64,000 bases of DNA. It comes from Adineta vaga. Its lineage: Eukaryota > Animalia > Rotifera. The notes below the pieces were generated by a model. It did no database searches, was not told the DNA's origin, and was given only the letters and a program-made list of their open reading frames with translations. This document shows, piece after piece, positions 11,757 through 25,676 of the stretch. Position 1 is the stretch's first letter. Each line of letters begins with the position of its first letter. The stretch covers positions 10,141,179-10,205,178 of the forward strand of contig CP075493.1 in the NCBI GenBank assembly GCA_021613535.1. The letters run 5' to 3'. The position numbers were made by a program, and so were the translations under genes.

Positions 11757-14089
11757 CTAATTTCTTGTTCGCTTTGATAATTTCTCAATTTCTTTACTCA
11801 ATGTGTCTACATTTTCTTTGAGTGTTAAATTCTTCAAAAGTGTATCTTCGAGAACGGATTGCAATTTTCCCATGATATCTAATGCTGTTTCCAATGTCAT
11901 TGGTGCTGATTGATCAAATATTTTATTTGTTGTTTGATGATTAGCAGTTGTTGCTGTTGTTGTTGCACGATTATATAATGTTGCCATCAATGATGTTGAT
12001 GAAGAATTTGATCGAGTTTTATTTGCTAATTGTTGTTTGACTAAATCAGATTCATTTGATGTGTACATAAAACTTTCTTCATTCATTGCATAGGATTGAA
12101 TGATTTTACGTTTATTCTGTAAATCTTGTGTGAGTAACTGTATATGATCGTTGAGAAATTCAATTTTTTCATTACGTCGTACAAGTAGTTTTTGTTGTTT
12201 TAATAGTTTATCGATTAATTTTTGACGATCAATATCAACAATACTGACGATAACTTCTTGTTCATCATCAGCAGGAACTAATTGTTGTTGATGTTGATGA
12301 CGACGATTATCCGATGAATGAGTTGATGTTTGATCAGGTGTTGAGTTGAGTATAGGAGGAGCCATATCACTTAATGAGCTATAAGAACCTGTTGGAGATC
12401 CACGACTTGATGAATTATCACCGAGATTTTCTTTAACTGGAATGCTTCTTGTTTGACTAAATTATTAGAAATATCAAGAAATCAAAATGTAATGTATATT
12501 TTTTATAAACAATTACCTAGTTTGTAAAGCAGGCGATGGCCCATCATCATTAGTTGCAGTTTTAGTTTTTTGTAATTGTTGCAATTGTTTAATTAAATCT
12601 TTCGTATTTGCTTGATGTTTCTTTTTTAATGTTTGTATTTCAACTAAACTATCATCATATTGTTTAACAATTTGTTCATGTGATTTATTTAAATTTTGTA
12701 ATTTCTCATCTAACTCTTTTATTTGATCTTTCACTGATTTTTCTATTGTTTCTAATTGTACAATTCGATTATGTTGTTCTTCATTAGTTTTTTTCATTTC
12801 TTCATGTTCTCCACTTATTTGTTGATGTAAATTTTGAAGTTGTTCATAATTTGTTTGTAGAATGGAGTTTTTCTCTGTTAACTTTTGTGTTAATTCAAGA
12901 TATTGATGTTCTTTTTCAAGTAATTGTCTTAAATCAGCATTATCAGCTAAGGTTTGATTATGGAGATTTTCGATTTGTTTTAATCGTGATATTTCAATGG
13001 AATCTTGTTCACGTGCACCTAATAGATCATCATATAATTTTTTTGTTGTTTCTTTTTCACGAATAGAATTTTGACGAAAATTTTCAATCACATTTTCTAA
13101 TGCAACACGATCTTCATCAGCCGATTTCAATTTTTCACGAAATTGATTATTTTCTTCTTGAAGATTTGTTAAGTTTGCTTTCAATGAATTATGTTCATTG
13201 AGTAAGGTATCGAAAGCTTGTGTACGTTCATCATCAGATGGAATGGCTTGAACAGCTAAATAAAAACAAGTTATTATAGAAAGAAGAAAATACAATGTGA
13301 ATATGTTAGTTCTTACTATCAGTAAGTTGTTTACATTGTAAACTGAGTTGTTCATTACGTTCATGTTGTTCATTGAGATCTTTTTTTAAACGTTCATTTG
13401 ATTCTCGTTGTTCTCTCAACTGTTGAGATTCTCCTTTCAAATGATTTAATGTTGATTTTAATGTTGCATCTATGGATAGATTTAATTCTTTAACTTTTTC
13501 TAAATCTTTTTTCGTTGTTGTTAATTCTCCTAATTTATTTTCATAGGCTTGTTGTAATTTCGTGTTCATTAATTTCAATTCAGCTAGTTTCATTTGTAAA
13601 TTATCTCTTTCTTTGAGTAAGTCATTGTTTTTCGTCGTTAAAATTTCACAACGTTTATCCGAATCTAACTTCGATTTTTCGGCTTGAGCATACCGCATAA
13701 CAGTCGATTGTTTCTCACGAGAATATTCGTCTTTCTGACGAGCCAATACCGTTTCATAATGTTGTTGACAAGCAACAAAACGTGCATTGAGTTCAGATAT
13801 TTCATTACTTTGATTTGTGACAATTGTTGAGAGACGAGCAATTTCAAGTTGATCGGGATTTATTGTAACTTCGGTTTCTGAAAAGAAAGAAAAGTGACTG
13901 ATTCGAAATACACATCGATGGACGTACAAATTAAGAATTCGTAAATAATTCGAAGAAAAAGAAATCTTTACCTGTCTTTTCCACTTCTAAATTGTCATTG
14001 GTTGGTTCATTCTCAGATGAATTATCTAACTTCATCTCAACTGATTGTTCTTCACCAGTAACTTCTTTTGAAGAATCACTTGCTTCCAT
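11757..14089 (-). CDS. Long coiled-coil protein (golgin/TMF-like); about 3 exons, about 700 aa.
   Basis: ATG at 14089 (MEASDSSKEVTGEEQSVEMKL...). The long heptad-rich exons 13306-13929 and 12513-13373 (LKERDNLQMKLAELKLMNTKLQQAYENKL...; EEMKKTNEEQHNRIVQLETIEKSVKDQIKELDEKLQNL...) and 11757-12365 are joined by short introns. No TM. Identity beyond 'coiled-coil' is not resolvable by eye. Confidence 0.55.
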
Positions 14090-14470
14090 TGTGTTCTATT
14101 CTTCCAACAGATCAATTGAGATTCATCTAGAAAGAAATATTAGTCATATTCTTCCATATCTCGATTGATTTTTTTCTGATTATTTCTCCCCGTTCAATGC
14201 ACAAGACTCAACAACAGAGACAAAAAAAAATAAACAAAAAAAAGAAAATTTGTTTTTCCGTCCAAGGCATATAAAAAAAACGAAAGAAAAAAGAAAATAG
14301 TTAGTATCCGTATATATATGTTCATAAACAAAAGAATAGATTGATTAATTTTAGTCTGTCTTTCTTTTGCTTATTAGCAAAGCTATGTACATATAAAGCG
14401 ACAAAATAATGTTCACAAGTAACAAAGCGACTAGAGCTTGGAAATGAAAAATAAAGAAAGACGATGCAAG

Positions 14471-16315
14471 TTATTTTCCATACAATTGTGCAAGGAAATC
14501 TCCCAGACTGATAAATGTTGTTGGATCTGTTCTTTGAGTATGATTCCATATATAAATAGCTAATCCACTAATTGTTAATGTTACACCCCAAAGAACGATA
14601 CGTGGTAATGCAGCTGGATGTTCATCGCGACCAATGATATCCAAAGATTTGTTTTCGTCATTGTCAGTTAGAGAAGAATCTTTTCCGTATCGTTTACGAA
14701 GAATAGTTTCCATCGATGGATTTTCAATAGATTCACTAAAAACAGAAAATAAGATTATTTTCTTGATTGTAAAATTGAAATTCTTCTTACCATTTTCTTC
14801 TCCATTCATCATTCAATAGATCAAGTGTATCTGGATGATGATTTCGAAATAGATGTAGAGATCTTTTAATAATCTCTTCCCAATGATTACTATCTAATTC
14901 ACTAGGTAAACGTGTTAGATATTGATGCAAGGATGGCATATCACAGTCAGTAGATAGAACTTGCTTTGAATGAAAATTAACAATCTAACAAACAAATATA
15001 CAATAATTTGTTCGTACATAAATAAATAAAGAATAAATCAATTACTTCGGCAGCAACATAAACTGGCATAAGGAAGTGCGAAACAATAAAGAGATCATAC
15101 AGTCGAAGGATTGTATCAAGATTATCTAATACATGTGAATACCATGTGATGAACCATGATAATGCAAACATAACATTTCCAACACCACCTCTATAGTCAG
15201 ATGTCATATAGAAAATGTAATCGATTTTATCGTTAAAAACTCACCTCTGCATGTATTCTGCACATTCACTATTGATAGAGTTGATAAGTGGCATTAGATA
15301 ATAAAGTAGATCACGCGTTTTTTCCATTGTTGATTCCATAAAATCTCTATAGTTATATGAAGAAGAAAAAACATTCAAAAACAGATCTCTTAACCATTAA
15401 TAGTGATGTTTACTAGTCAACTGACATTACTCGATTAGATTAAAACAAATTGCTTGAGGGTGGGTATGGGATCGAAAAAAGATATTTACTTGAAATGCGA
15501 CTTTGTTATTGTATCAATAAATGGAAGGCATAAATCTGCACCGAGCACAAGTAAAAAAGTCAAACAAATATCATGATAACCCTTAAAATAAAAGATGAAT
15601 TCTTTTTCTTCAGATGTTGATAATATTGTTAAGACTTTACCTGATAATAATTTAGATAATCATGTTTGATTAGAATTTTAACAATAACAACAATTAATTC
15701 TTCTTGCAATTCAATGCGATCCGAATCCGAATAATCTATATCGATGAAAACAATCTTAGTTTCTATATAATATCCAAAAAAAAAGAAAAGATATCTTCAT
15801 ACTTGGTGGAAATCTTTTTAACGTTCTTTCAACATCCATTCGAACTTGTCCATAGTATCGATGTGATTCAATTTGATTTTTATCTAAACATATCATTTTG
15901 TGAAATAATGATATAGAGAAAATAGAATAATGGAAATACCTGCAGCATAAAAATCAATTCGACAAGAATATTTCTTATTTATTTGATCGAAGTCTACTGG
16001 ACAATAAGTAGGACAAGGGATTAATAAAGGCCAAATCTGTTGTCGATACGATTTTGTTATCAATCCATTCATTTTCGCATATTTTTGTAATTTCTCTTTA
16101 TTATTTTTCATTAGATATTTTTCAATACGATCGGATTTATTTTTAGTAACGATTAAGAAATTTTCATCATCACTTAACGATAATGATCCGTTCGTTGTTA
16201 TGGATGACGAAATCATTTCGGAATGTGCATCTTCCATTAATGCTGAATCATGATCCGAATCCGAATCCGAACTGTTTGTATCCAATTGATAATATTCATC
16301 GATTGTTACCATCAC
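14471..16315 (-). CDS. TBC-domain Rab GTPase-activating protein with C-terminal transmembrane anchor (TBC1D20-like); multi-exon.
   Basis: Exon 14977-15207 encodes ...VMFALSWFITWYSHVLDNLDTILRLYDLFIVSHFLM..., matching the conserved C-terminal helices of the TBC/RabGAP domain (..WFlt.F...l....vlrlWD.fl). The final exon (14471-14812) carries a hydrophobic helix LWGVTLTISGLAIYIW followed by a short tail, as in ER-anchored TBC1D20. N-terminal exon 15893-16315. Confidence 0.5.
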
Positions 16316-16577
16316 AATAGAAAAAGAAAATCAAACTAGGATATTATCTTATCAATTCAACCGTAATAACATATGTGACAATAGGAATATGATGATGATG
16401 AATAGTTTGTTGTTTTTTTCATTCTCATGAAATTATTTCTTTTTTGGAGCTACTTGTTATTGTAAGAAGGAAAGAGATTGTAGCTCGATCTATAATGTTG
16501 TCATTGTCGGATGTCGAACCAATGAAATGATTTCTTAGCAAAACAAAACGAGATTTTTATTTTATTTTTCTTATTTT
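16316..16577. promoter_or_regulatory. Putative shared (divergent) promoter region between the head-to-head TBC-RabGAP (-) and sorting-nexin (+) genes.
   Basis: About 260 bp separate the two initiator ATGs (16315 on the minus strand, 16578 on the plus strand). This is inferred from gene arrangement only; no motif was verified. Confidence 0.3.
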
Positions 16578-19500
16578 ATGAATGGATCTTCGATGATTGC
16601 TAAACAATTTTATCTTATCGGTGGACTATGTCTAATCTGGAGTATATTTGGTATTGAAAGAACTATTTATTGGTTATTATTGTTTCTAACCATTATTTTT
16701 GGGTTCGTTTTTTTTCATGTCTTGTTAAAGATTTCAATGTAAACCATTATAATTTAGTTTTATTTTGCATTTGATTTTTCATAAACAAACATGGTCAAAA
16801 TCAAATCCACTCTATGATCATATTAAAACATCATTTATTAAAGCAAAATTAGTTACTCATGTGAGTCAAAACTAAACTAATCGAGTACACTAGTAAAATT
16901 TCCGAGAGCAAAAGCAAATAAATCAGACGAATCATTCATTAGCTCTAAAGATCTGGAGAAGATGAATACATGTGACTTAAGTACTTAGTTGTTGATAACA
17001 TATCTAAAGATGAGATAGAGTATCTCTAGATAAACATTTAGTGACATCAGTAAATCATATGTTGATCGAAATAGATCCTTATCGAATATTTTCATATTCA
17101 AACCGTTTATGAATTCTGACGCAGAAGAAAAAAAATCTCTTGTTTCTTTTGTATTCAAAGTGAATCGAGATTTTTCTCGTTTTAGATTACTGATATCGAA
17201 TTTGATGCATCATCACGTTCGAAATCATCAAAAACATTGAATGATCGTGTGTCATTAACAGGAATATCTGATATTGATGAATCACTCTGTGAAGTAAAAT
17301 TCAATTCTCTCAAAAAGTAAAGCAGAATTTTCTATTCTCTTTTCATAGTTAATCAATTTATTTGTTCGTGATTATGTTGAAATTTGGTATAAAACTCAAC
17401 TAAGTTCCGATGAATTATTCATTGACGATGTAAAAAATGGTATCTATATAACGATTCGTCATTTATCCGAAAGGTAGTATATAATCTTCTTAATTAAAAT
17501 CTAATTTTTCTCTTATCGAATGTTTTCTTTCATATTAGATTACGTGAAATCGATTGGTTAGATTTTTGTACGGGAACGGTTGTCGATAGTTTTGCAACGC
17601 ATGTTCGATTATATCGAAAAGCTAAAGAACGCATGCGTTTAGAACAATCGACAGATATTCGATCATGTTTTTTCGATTTGGAAGCTGAATATGAACGAGG
17701 AATTTGTCGAGATGATGTCTGTTTGGATAAAGATAAAGAAAAAGGTTAGTTCTCTTTTTTTTTAATACTGTATTCAATTAACAAATGAAACGTTTTGTTC
17801 TTCTAGAATTCCTTCGAGATATTGTAGACGTTCTTTTGTATATACTTTTGCCAGCTAATGAATTCCGTTGTGTACCAGCTCGAATACTTATTCGAGTATG
17901 TTGAATGAAATTGATTGATTATCATGTGACTTTTGGTTTTGAATAGGAAATTGCAGTTAATCTTGGTTTAGTACCATTTATTGATATGTATTCTGATCCT
18001 GATGCTATCAATCAATTGATTATTAAAATGGTAAAGAAAAAGAAAAGAAAAGATGATTTCTATGTCACATTTCATATTCAGTGTCAACAAATTCCACTAA
18101 CCATCGAAAATTTTCTTCTGGTTGTTCGAACTACCGATTCGAAAGTTGAATTAAGTACATTAATTGAACGACTTGATATTGAAACAAGTCGATGGCGATC
18201 TAAAGATACTGGAGGAGAGAATGGTAAAACAAATTTTGCGTGATAGTTTGTTTATCTTACTATGAGATTAATTTCATATTTTAGATGCAGAAATTCGTGC
18301 AATATTGAATAGTTATCAATACTTGAGGAAAATACTCAACGAACGATTAGATGTTCAAGTTCGATTAGAACCAATGATATATGTAAATGCTTTTCTTGTC
18401 AATCAAGTTTGTTGAATAACTTAGTTTTGTTTATCTCTAGGATGATGATGATATATTACCAAAAGTATCTTATCGAGAATTACCTTTAACAGAAATTTTG
18501 AACAATTGTAATGGTTTAGATTATTTTCTAAGTAGATTTTTTTAGTATTGATCTAATCAAGTCTATTAATCAATTTATTTGTAGAATTTCTTCAATCAAT
18601 TGGTGCTGTTGGTTATGGAAATTTTTACTTGAATGCAGAAGTCAGAATGATTGATTGGATATAAACGAAAACTTCGTTTTACTTTGAATATTTAGGCATT
18701 TCGATGTGCTGGTATTACAGCCGTTCAACAAAATGCAAATGCAACAGAGGAACAACAACAAGCTAATATAGCGATTTTGCGAAATATGGCAAAAGATCTT
18801 ATCGAACAATATTTTCTTCCAACTGTAAGTATTTTATCTTTAGTCGAATCATCTAGATATCGAACATCCGTTTGTAATCGAATTGAATTCAATGTTACTT
18901 TTCTGTATTTAGGGAACAATAAAATTACCTATGGATGAAAATTTAATAAATAAAACTTTGCAAATTATACAAACAGGAACAATCGATGAAACACTACTTG
19001 ATGAACTTCAAATAAAAGTATGTTTGTATTACTTTTCTTCGAATAGATGTTCTTATTTTATGTTTCATTAAATAGGTATTTGAAATTCTCTCATCCGATA
19101 AATATTATGGTCAATTTAGAACAACACCACAATATTTAAAAGTCTTAAGCGAAATTGATTTTACTGATTCACTTCATGATAATTCCGGTGTGTTTTTATT
19201 ATGACAATATCAATTGAAAACACGAACGTTTTATGTATTTATTTATTTTTTCACTTTAGATGCTTTATCCTTATCCAGTAATAATAGTAATGAAATATTG
19301 AATGATATCAATGAACCTCATCAGTCAAGTCCTGGAGTGAGTACAGGCAGTACAACGGCATCTATACCTGATACACTAGATAATATAGAGAATTATTTGA
19401 TTACTACTGAAATAAATGATTCTGGTAATAAGTTTTTCTATAATCGATCGAATTTGTACGAATATCAGTTTCTTTTTCTCAATAGGTATATGTTGTGAAA

Positions 19501-21362
19501 AAGGTGAAAAATATGCAATTTATGTGATATCTGTATCTTGTAAACCATTACATGCAACTATGGATGATCAAACACGTGAATGGATAACATATCGTCGTTA
19601 TAGTGAATTTAATGATCTTCATATGACTGTAAAAAAACGTTTTCCAGCTCTACGTGAATTCATTCATTTACCTAATAAAAACTTCATGAATAATACTAGC
19701 CAAGAAATACGAGTCAAACGACAAAAAGAATTAAATGATTATTTAGCTGTATGTTGAAATATTTTCTTTTCCATCTTCGTTAAATAATTATTTTAATATT
19801 TTTTCATCTATAGACATTAACAAAACCCAAAGTTCTACTTAATAATCCAGGTCTTGGTGAACTTTTACTCAAATTCTTACGAAATCAAGCAATGGAAACA
19901 TGAACAAACAGAAATATCTCGAAAGGTAAAATTCTATTTTTGAATAAGTCATTCATTCTTCTCATCATCGGATAGATACGTTTAAGTTTCTTTGATCAAT
20001 TTATATTTATCTATTGATTTTATCTTGTAGGATTTTTTTTCATCAACGGTTTGTTTCGTTTCTATAGTTTATTATCACAAGTAGTTCTGTGTGCACATAT
20101 ACTTTAAGGATATTGTTTTCTTTTGTTTCATGTTTTTGAAATAGTTTGTAAATTATTTTCTCAAATTTGATATATTTCTTTTTTTCTCTATTTATACAGA
20201 TGGATACGTTGGTCAATCCATTCAAACAAGCATCCATTGGTATTGTTAAAGGCGTTTCAAAAATTGGTGGTGGATTAACCATTGTATCGGATAGTGTAGT
20301 AGAAAATGCTGGTAAAATCTTTCGAACCAATGGAAATAATGCGAATCGATTGAATATAAATTTGAATAAAGATTCTCAAACATTTTCTATTGTTGAAGAA
20401 ACACAAGCAGAGGTAAACGAACAAATTTGTATGTTTTATTTTCATTGTCTTAATGATGATATTAGAATGCTAAGAACATTCCACTTCGTGTATTGTTGGT
20501 GATTATGGATGAAGTTTTTGATCTTAAACAGAAAAATATGTGGTTTCGTTCGAGATTTGTTGCGATTTTAAAACGATTTCTAAGAGCATTTATGGGCGAT
20601 TCAGTCAATCGGTATATTATTTAATTTTGTATTATTCACATCGCGCTTATTTTCTTTTTCTCTCTCTTAGACGCATTGCAACGTTTGTTCAACATTGGAC
20701 ATCAGCAAAGAAAATTGCAAAAGAAATTTCTCGATTCATGTATGAAAGTTATTTATAATGATTTCGAATTAATTCTGATTTTTCTTTATAGAGAAGCATT
20801 CTGGCCAAATGGTGTACTAGCTGATAAACCATCTGAACGTGATGAAAGTATACGAAATGTGACACAAGTATTATGTAAAGCAAAACTACTCGGCATTGTT
20901 TCAGGTACACTATTGATTAGCGATTCATTTTGATTACTCATATTGATGGATATTTTAGACGAACTTCGTCATATTATTGGCAGTGAAACAACTCGTCGTG
21001 GTTTATTACGTTTATTTGAATTATTACAGAATGAAACATTTAATCGTCGATTTGTTTATATTGTTATTGAAGCTTTATTGATCAAATTATTTCGACCGAA
21101 TGATTTACATTTAATATTTGAAAAACTTTATTCTCAATCTGAACGTGTTAAAGAAGAATATCGACGACGAATTTTTGAACAGGAACATTATCATAATGGT
21201 ATTGTTGTCAATCAATCACATTATGGTGATTCCAATCAACGACCTTATTATCTCAGTCGTTTATCTGTACGAACTGATGATAATATTGCTTTACATAGAT
21301 CCGCTAGTATTCAACAGCAACAAAAAGTTCTTCCTCGAAGTTTTTCAAAAATATCACGATAA
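16578..21362 (+). CDS. Sorting nexin of the SNX13/14/19/25 class (2xTM - PXA - RGS - PX - PXC/Nexin_C); about 12 exons or more.
   Basis: ATG at 16578. N-terminus MNGSSMIAKQFYLIGGLCLIWSIFGIERTIYWLLLFLTIIFGFVFFHVLL gives two TM helices. Exons 17250-17900 are PXA-like (LINLFVRDYVEIWYKTQL...). Exons 18290-18830 resemble RGS (...AFRCAGITAVQ...). Exon 19500-19757 is a PX domain (YAIYVISVSCK...WITYRRYSEFNDLHMTVKKRFP...RQKELNDYL). Exons 20200-21362 are Nexin_C-like. Stop at 21360-21362. Confidence 0.65.
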
Positions 21363-21461
21363 ATTTTCTTTGTTTTTTTCTTCTCTTCCGGTGATTTCAT
21401 TTATTTTCTCTTTCTTTCTCCGTCCAACTGAATGATCCCACTATGATTGCATATATATAAA

Positions 21462-21480
21462 CATATATATATATATATTA
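21462..21480. repeat. (AT)n microsatellite in the SNX 3' flank
   Basis: atatatatatatatatatta read directly. Confidence 0.85.
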
Positions 21481-23069
21481 TTAATAATTAATTTTTTTGT
21501 AAATTGTCTGATAAATAATATTTTTCTTCTTTCTCTTTTTTCGCTATGTATATTTCTCTGATATGTGCTTGTCCTCTCTCCTTAACTATAACAGTGTAAT
21601 TTGGTAATGAGTTATTTCTTCCTCTTCGAATATCATTTTGTTCTCGGTATTTCGAACCAGAATATATATCAATGACATAAGAGTATAGTTTTATTTCTTG
21701 ATTTACTAACAGAAATATGAATTATGAATAAATAAATACATAAATACATGGTCATATGATTTTCAATTGAAACTTATTACGCATACGAACATATGTTCAA
21801 AAGAATAGTTAAATATTCTTATGTAATAAACTCATCCATCAGTCATAACAAGAATAACAATATTGTATAGTAATGGACTTGAAATGTATGTCTATATAAG
21901 TGTTACAAAAAAGATAGATCTATTGCGATATTTTTTTACAGGATACAAACATTCGCCCCCGTTTATATCGATACTCCTACTCGTTAGAAAGATAAGATGT
22001 CCTTGATGTTATCTGGCAAAAGAAAGAAGAGTGACAGTAAATGAATATATGATTATCATCTTTTTGAGAAATAATAACGATATGAAACAAAATAAGTCTA
22101 TTAATTTAACGCACGATTACATATTTCAATCCTTTGGTTTTTTGATTTTCAAAGAACTTTTTTGTTATTTTTCTATCTTAAGAAAAATAGAAAATAAACA
22201 TTATTTACTAAGTATAGTACAGTTCTATGGATGTGTCCGGATGTTCTATTCAAAGTTCTTTTCTTTCTTTTCCTTTTGCTACTGTTATTATTATTTAGTC
22301 GTCGTTTATCTGGCCGTGAGGCGAGCGACTTTCCAATCAGCATTGGATATAACTGTACTGATATATCAGCAAGAATGAGAAGAGAGAAGAAAAGAGAAAA
22401 TTGTCTCCGTATTTTTTAGGGCTGCAACTACGTACATATATAAATGCATACACACACTATCCTTCTTCTAGAATACGTTGTCGTTTTCTTCTTCTCTTTT
22501 TGTTGACGTTGTTAGTTGTCTCCAGTATCCGTGCCAGAAAAGATCAGAAAAAAAACGTTATTGCCTTTTCTTTTTGTTCTTTTTTGTACATGTTCTTTGG
22601 GATAATCGAGTTTCTCTATTCTTTTTGCCGAATAGAGTATTATTAAGAACTGGATAGTAAGAGAAAAATAGAAGATTTTCCCAAAACAACATCAGAAAGC
22701 TATCGTCGTTGTTGTCTTCGTGATCGTGTCGATATTTAATAGGAAACACAGGAGAGAAGAAGGAACGAGAGAGGGAGCGAAGGAGGTTTTTCTCGAAAAC
22801 AACTATTGAGTATATGCATTGGCTAAAACTTCTTTCAAATGTAAGACTAAGAAAATTCCATAGAGAATGTAATACATATAAATAATCAGTGTTTGTATAT
22901 GAATATGTGATAACAATAATTGAGCAACTGTTCTTGCTCAATCAATCACTAGTTGTCCTCTACTTCTTTCTTCTTTTCTTTTCTTTTTTTTTTCGGAGTC
23001 TATTACGTCGTAATTATATCTTCTAAACAATCACATTGTAGAAATATCCAAATAGATTTATCAGAAATC

Positions 23070-23732
23070 ATGCGTTCATCTTACGATCCACATCATCATT
23101 CATCATTATCTTCATTGTCTAATCGTAATTACCGTCATACAACTCCATCAACCTATTTAGATCTAGGTTCAACGATTGGTGGAAGTGAACGAGCGGAATT
23201 TCGTGATCGTTATCAAAATCGAGTAAGAAAATTTTTTTCTTTGATTTTTATATAAAAAAAAAACATTGATTTTCTTCGACAGTATGCATGGCTTGAAAAA
23301 AATCATGTCAATGAAGTTGGTTCAACATATAATACATTAGGTAAAAAAGTTGATCATAAACCATCAGCATGGAGATGTGAAGATCAAGCTGAAGCTGGAA
23401 AGTAAGATGAATTTGTATGAAAATGAAACTAAAGAATATGATTTGTTTTGTTATTTAAGAGAATTCTTACGCATGAACGATGAATGTGCTGATAAAATAT
23501 ACGATATTCGTGAACAGAGTGACATGAATCGTGAATTTCTTCTCAATGCTGATGGTGTTGCACCAAGATTTTATCAAATGGAAGCTGATGCTGTATGTAG
23601 AATAATAAAAAATTGTTTGTTTTTCGAGAAATAATTCTTTTTTTCTTTTAGTTAAAAAATCGTTACGAATTAAATAATATGAAACGTAAATTAGAGGGTA
23701 TTAAACAATTACGTGCTCGTTTATTCAAATAA
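23070..23732 (+). CDS. Small conserved-looking protein of unknown function; 4 exons, about 165 aa, coiled-coil C-terminus.
   Basis: ATG 23070. Exons are MRSSYDPHHH...RAEFRDRYQNR | YAWLEKNHVNEVGSTYNTLGKKVDHKPSAWRCEDQAEAGK | EFLRMNDECADKIYDIREQSDMNREFLLNADGVAPRFYQMEADAV | LKNRYELNNMKRKLEGIKQLRARLFK*. All junctions have GT/AG and consistent phase. Confidence 0.4.
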
Positions 23733-25676
23733 TAATTCAATGATTTTTCACTACACTTCAACAAAAATATTTTAGTTTATTTTTAATTTGTATTTATCAA
23801 TTCTGGTGACATACAAAAGCACAACATATTAACGGTCGGAGATCGATTTAATATATAATTTGTTTTTGATTTTCTCATTTTTCTTTCGTTTCTATCTACC
23901 GTTCATTTCTTTGCTAACCCTCTACACAATTCTCTAATTTCAACAATCATAATCAAACAAACGAATATTAACAAGGTTGATCTGTTGAATTTCTCTCTCT
24001 CTTTCTCTCTCGTCTTTTTTTTGTAATAACTTTGAATGATAAAAATAAGAACACATATATCAACTATTCATATACACATACATACTTAAATAAATATCCC
24101 AGTAAAATACCCACAGATGAACAGTTGTTGAAAATATTTGAATCAAACTACTAGATATCATTAAAGAAATTATTGATGAGACTGTGTAATTAATCGAAAG
24201 AATATGGTGTCAAATGCACACAAGAATATCATAGAATCGATCGATACCGCACCGATTAACACGGATGATTGATTTTGACTTATAAAAAACAAATCTATCA
24301 TTTATTTACAAAAATTATTTTGTTTTCATTGATGAGAACCCTTTGCTAATAATTAGAGAAAATAAACTCTAAAAAAGACGCGACTCACTACATATGACCT
24401 ACCAAATAATCATATGAGTAAAGCAGTTCTTATACGTCCGTAAACGGTCATGTACGACTATGCTGTTTTTTACCTGGAAACATCAAGTGTTTCAAAACTG
24501 CATTGTTTATTTTAGAAAATAAGGTTAGAAAAGAAGATCTAGAAAGATTACGATTGAAAAAACAACTGAACTGAATTATATTTTATACTTCTTTCAAAAT
24601 AGTGACTTTTTGCGATCATACTGATGAAGATGATATATGCACTGAGCTATCAATGCAAGAATCTCTGCTTTTTGTTCATCATTTATCACAAGTACAGTTT
24701 GATATTGTCCATTGTCAAACATATAGTTTGCTTCTTGCAAGGCTATTTATGTTACGAAAATAAAATCGAAACAGAAGAAAATTTCACGAAGATGTCGAAC
24801 TAAACCTAAGATCAAGTTCAACGCAAGCAATATATCTCAACATCAACAAGGTTCACCATGGAATTCAAAAACATATTGTACATGTGCACTTTGCTTTCGA
24901 CAGCAAAATATATTAAAAGGTATAAAATCGAAAATATTGATTAAAAAACATTCCTATTATTTCTTAGAGATATGTTTGATTTAAATACAATATATTTATT
25001 ACTTTCAAACATGTCGAATCAAAGTGTACGCTCTCGTATTCTGAGTCAATTGTAAAGTAGCGTGTATTATTTATGATGTGTACATCTGCCATAGCAAACA
25101 GTGTATTTCAATATTCTTTGTTAAAGTAAAAAATTTCATAGAGTGATGACTCATCATCTGTCTTATATTGAATGATTAATATAAAACATTTTCCATCAAT
25201 CAAAAAGTAAACCAATAATTTTTAATTTCTTAAAATAAAATTTTCTTCGACCTTTGTACTAAAGAAATGATTTGATTTTCTATCTGACGGTGATGTCGCT
25301 AGTGTCGTTTTAGAAAAAACACAAAGACCTCTACACATAATGAATGTCAATGTAGATCATTATGGCTGTTGATCCTCAACATTTTGTAAATGTAAAATGT
25401 GGATAATGAAGTTGGATCAGCTGGAATTTCTTTTGTCAAAAGTTCGTCAATTACAAATATTGTTTATTCTCTTTAGATTCTCTGGTCAAGCCTAACCAAA
25501 AAACTAAAAACACTATTTTATTATCTTATTCATATTTTGCAATTGAATTATTCAATTAAGATCGACACTTTGTCATTAATTTTTATTATTAGTTTTTTTC
25601 ATTTCTCTGCATTTTAATTTATTCAAATCTCTAAACGTTAATATTCAAAATACATTCTTTTGTTTCTTCGAATCAA

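Noticed and set aside
12851-13066. 71-aa + strand ORF antisense to the coiled-coil gene.
   Set aside because: Antisense of a heptad-repeat exon (Leu/Glu/Lys codons read backwards give Phe/Leu-rich ORFs); no independent support.
22031-22941. Several 60-130-aa ORFs in a low-complexity T/C-rich stretch between the SNX gene and the small gene at 23070.
   Set aside because: Pyrimidine-rich promoter/UTR-like sequence (tttctttcttttcc...; (T)n, (CT)n) keeps frames open. Translations are Phe/Leu/Ser low-complexity with no domain signal and no splice-consistent continuation.
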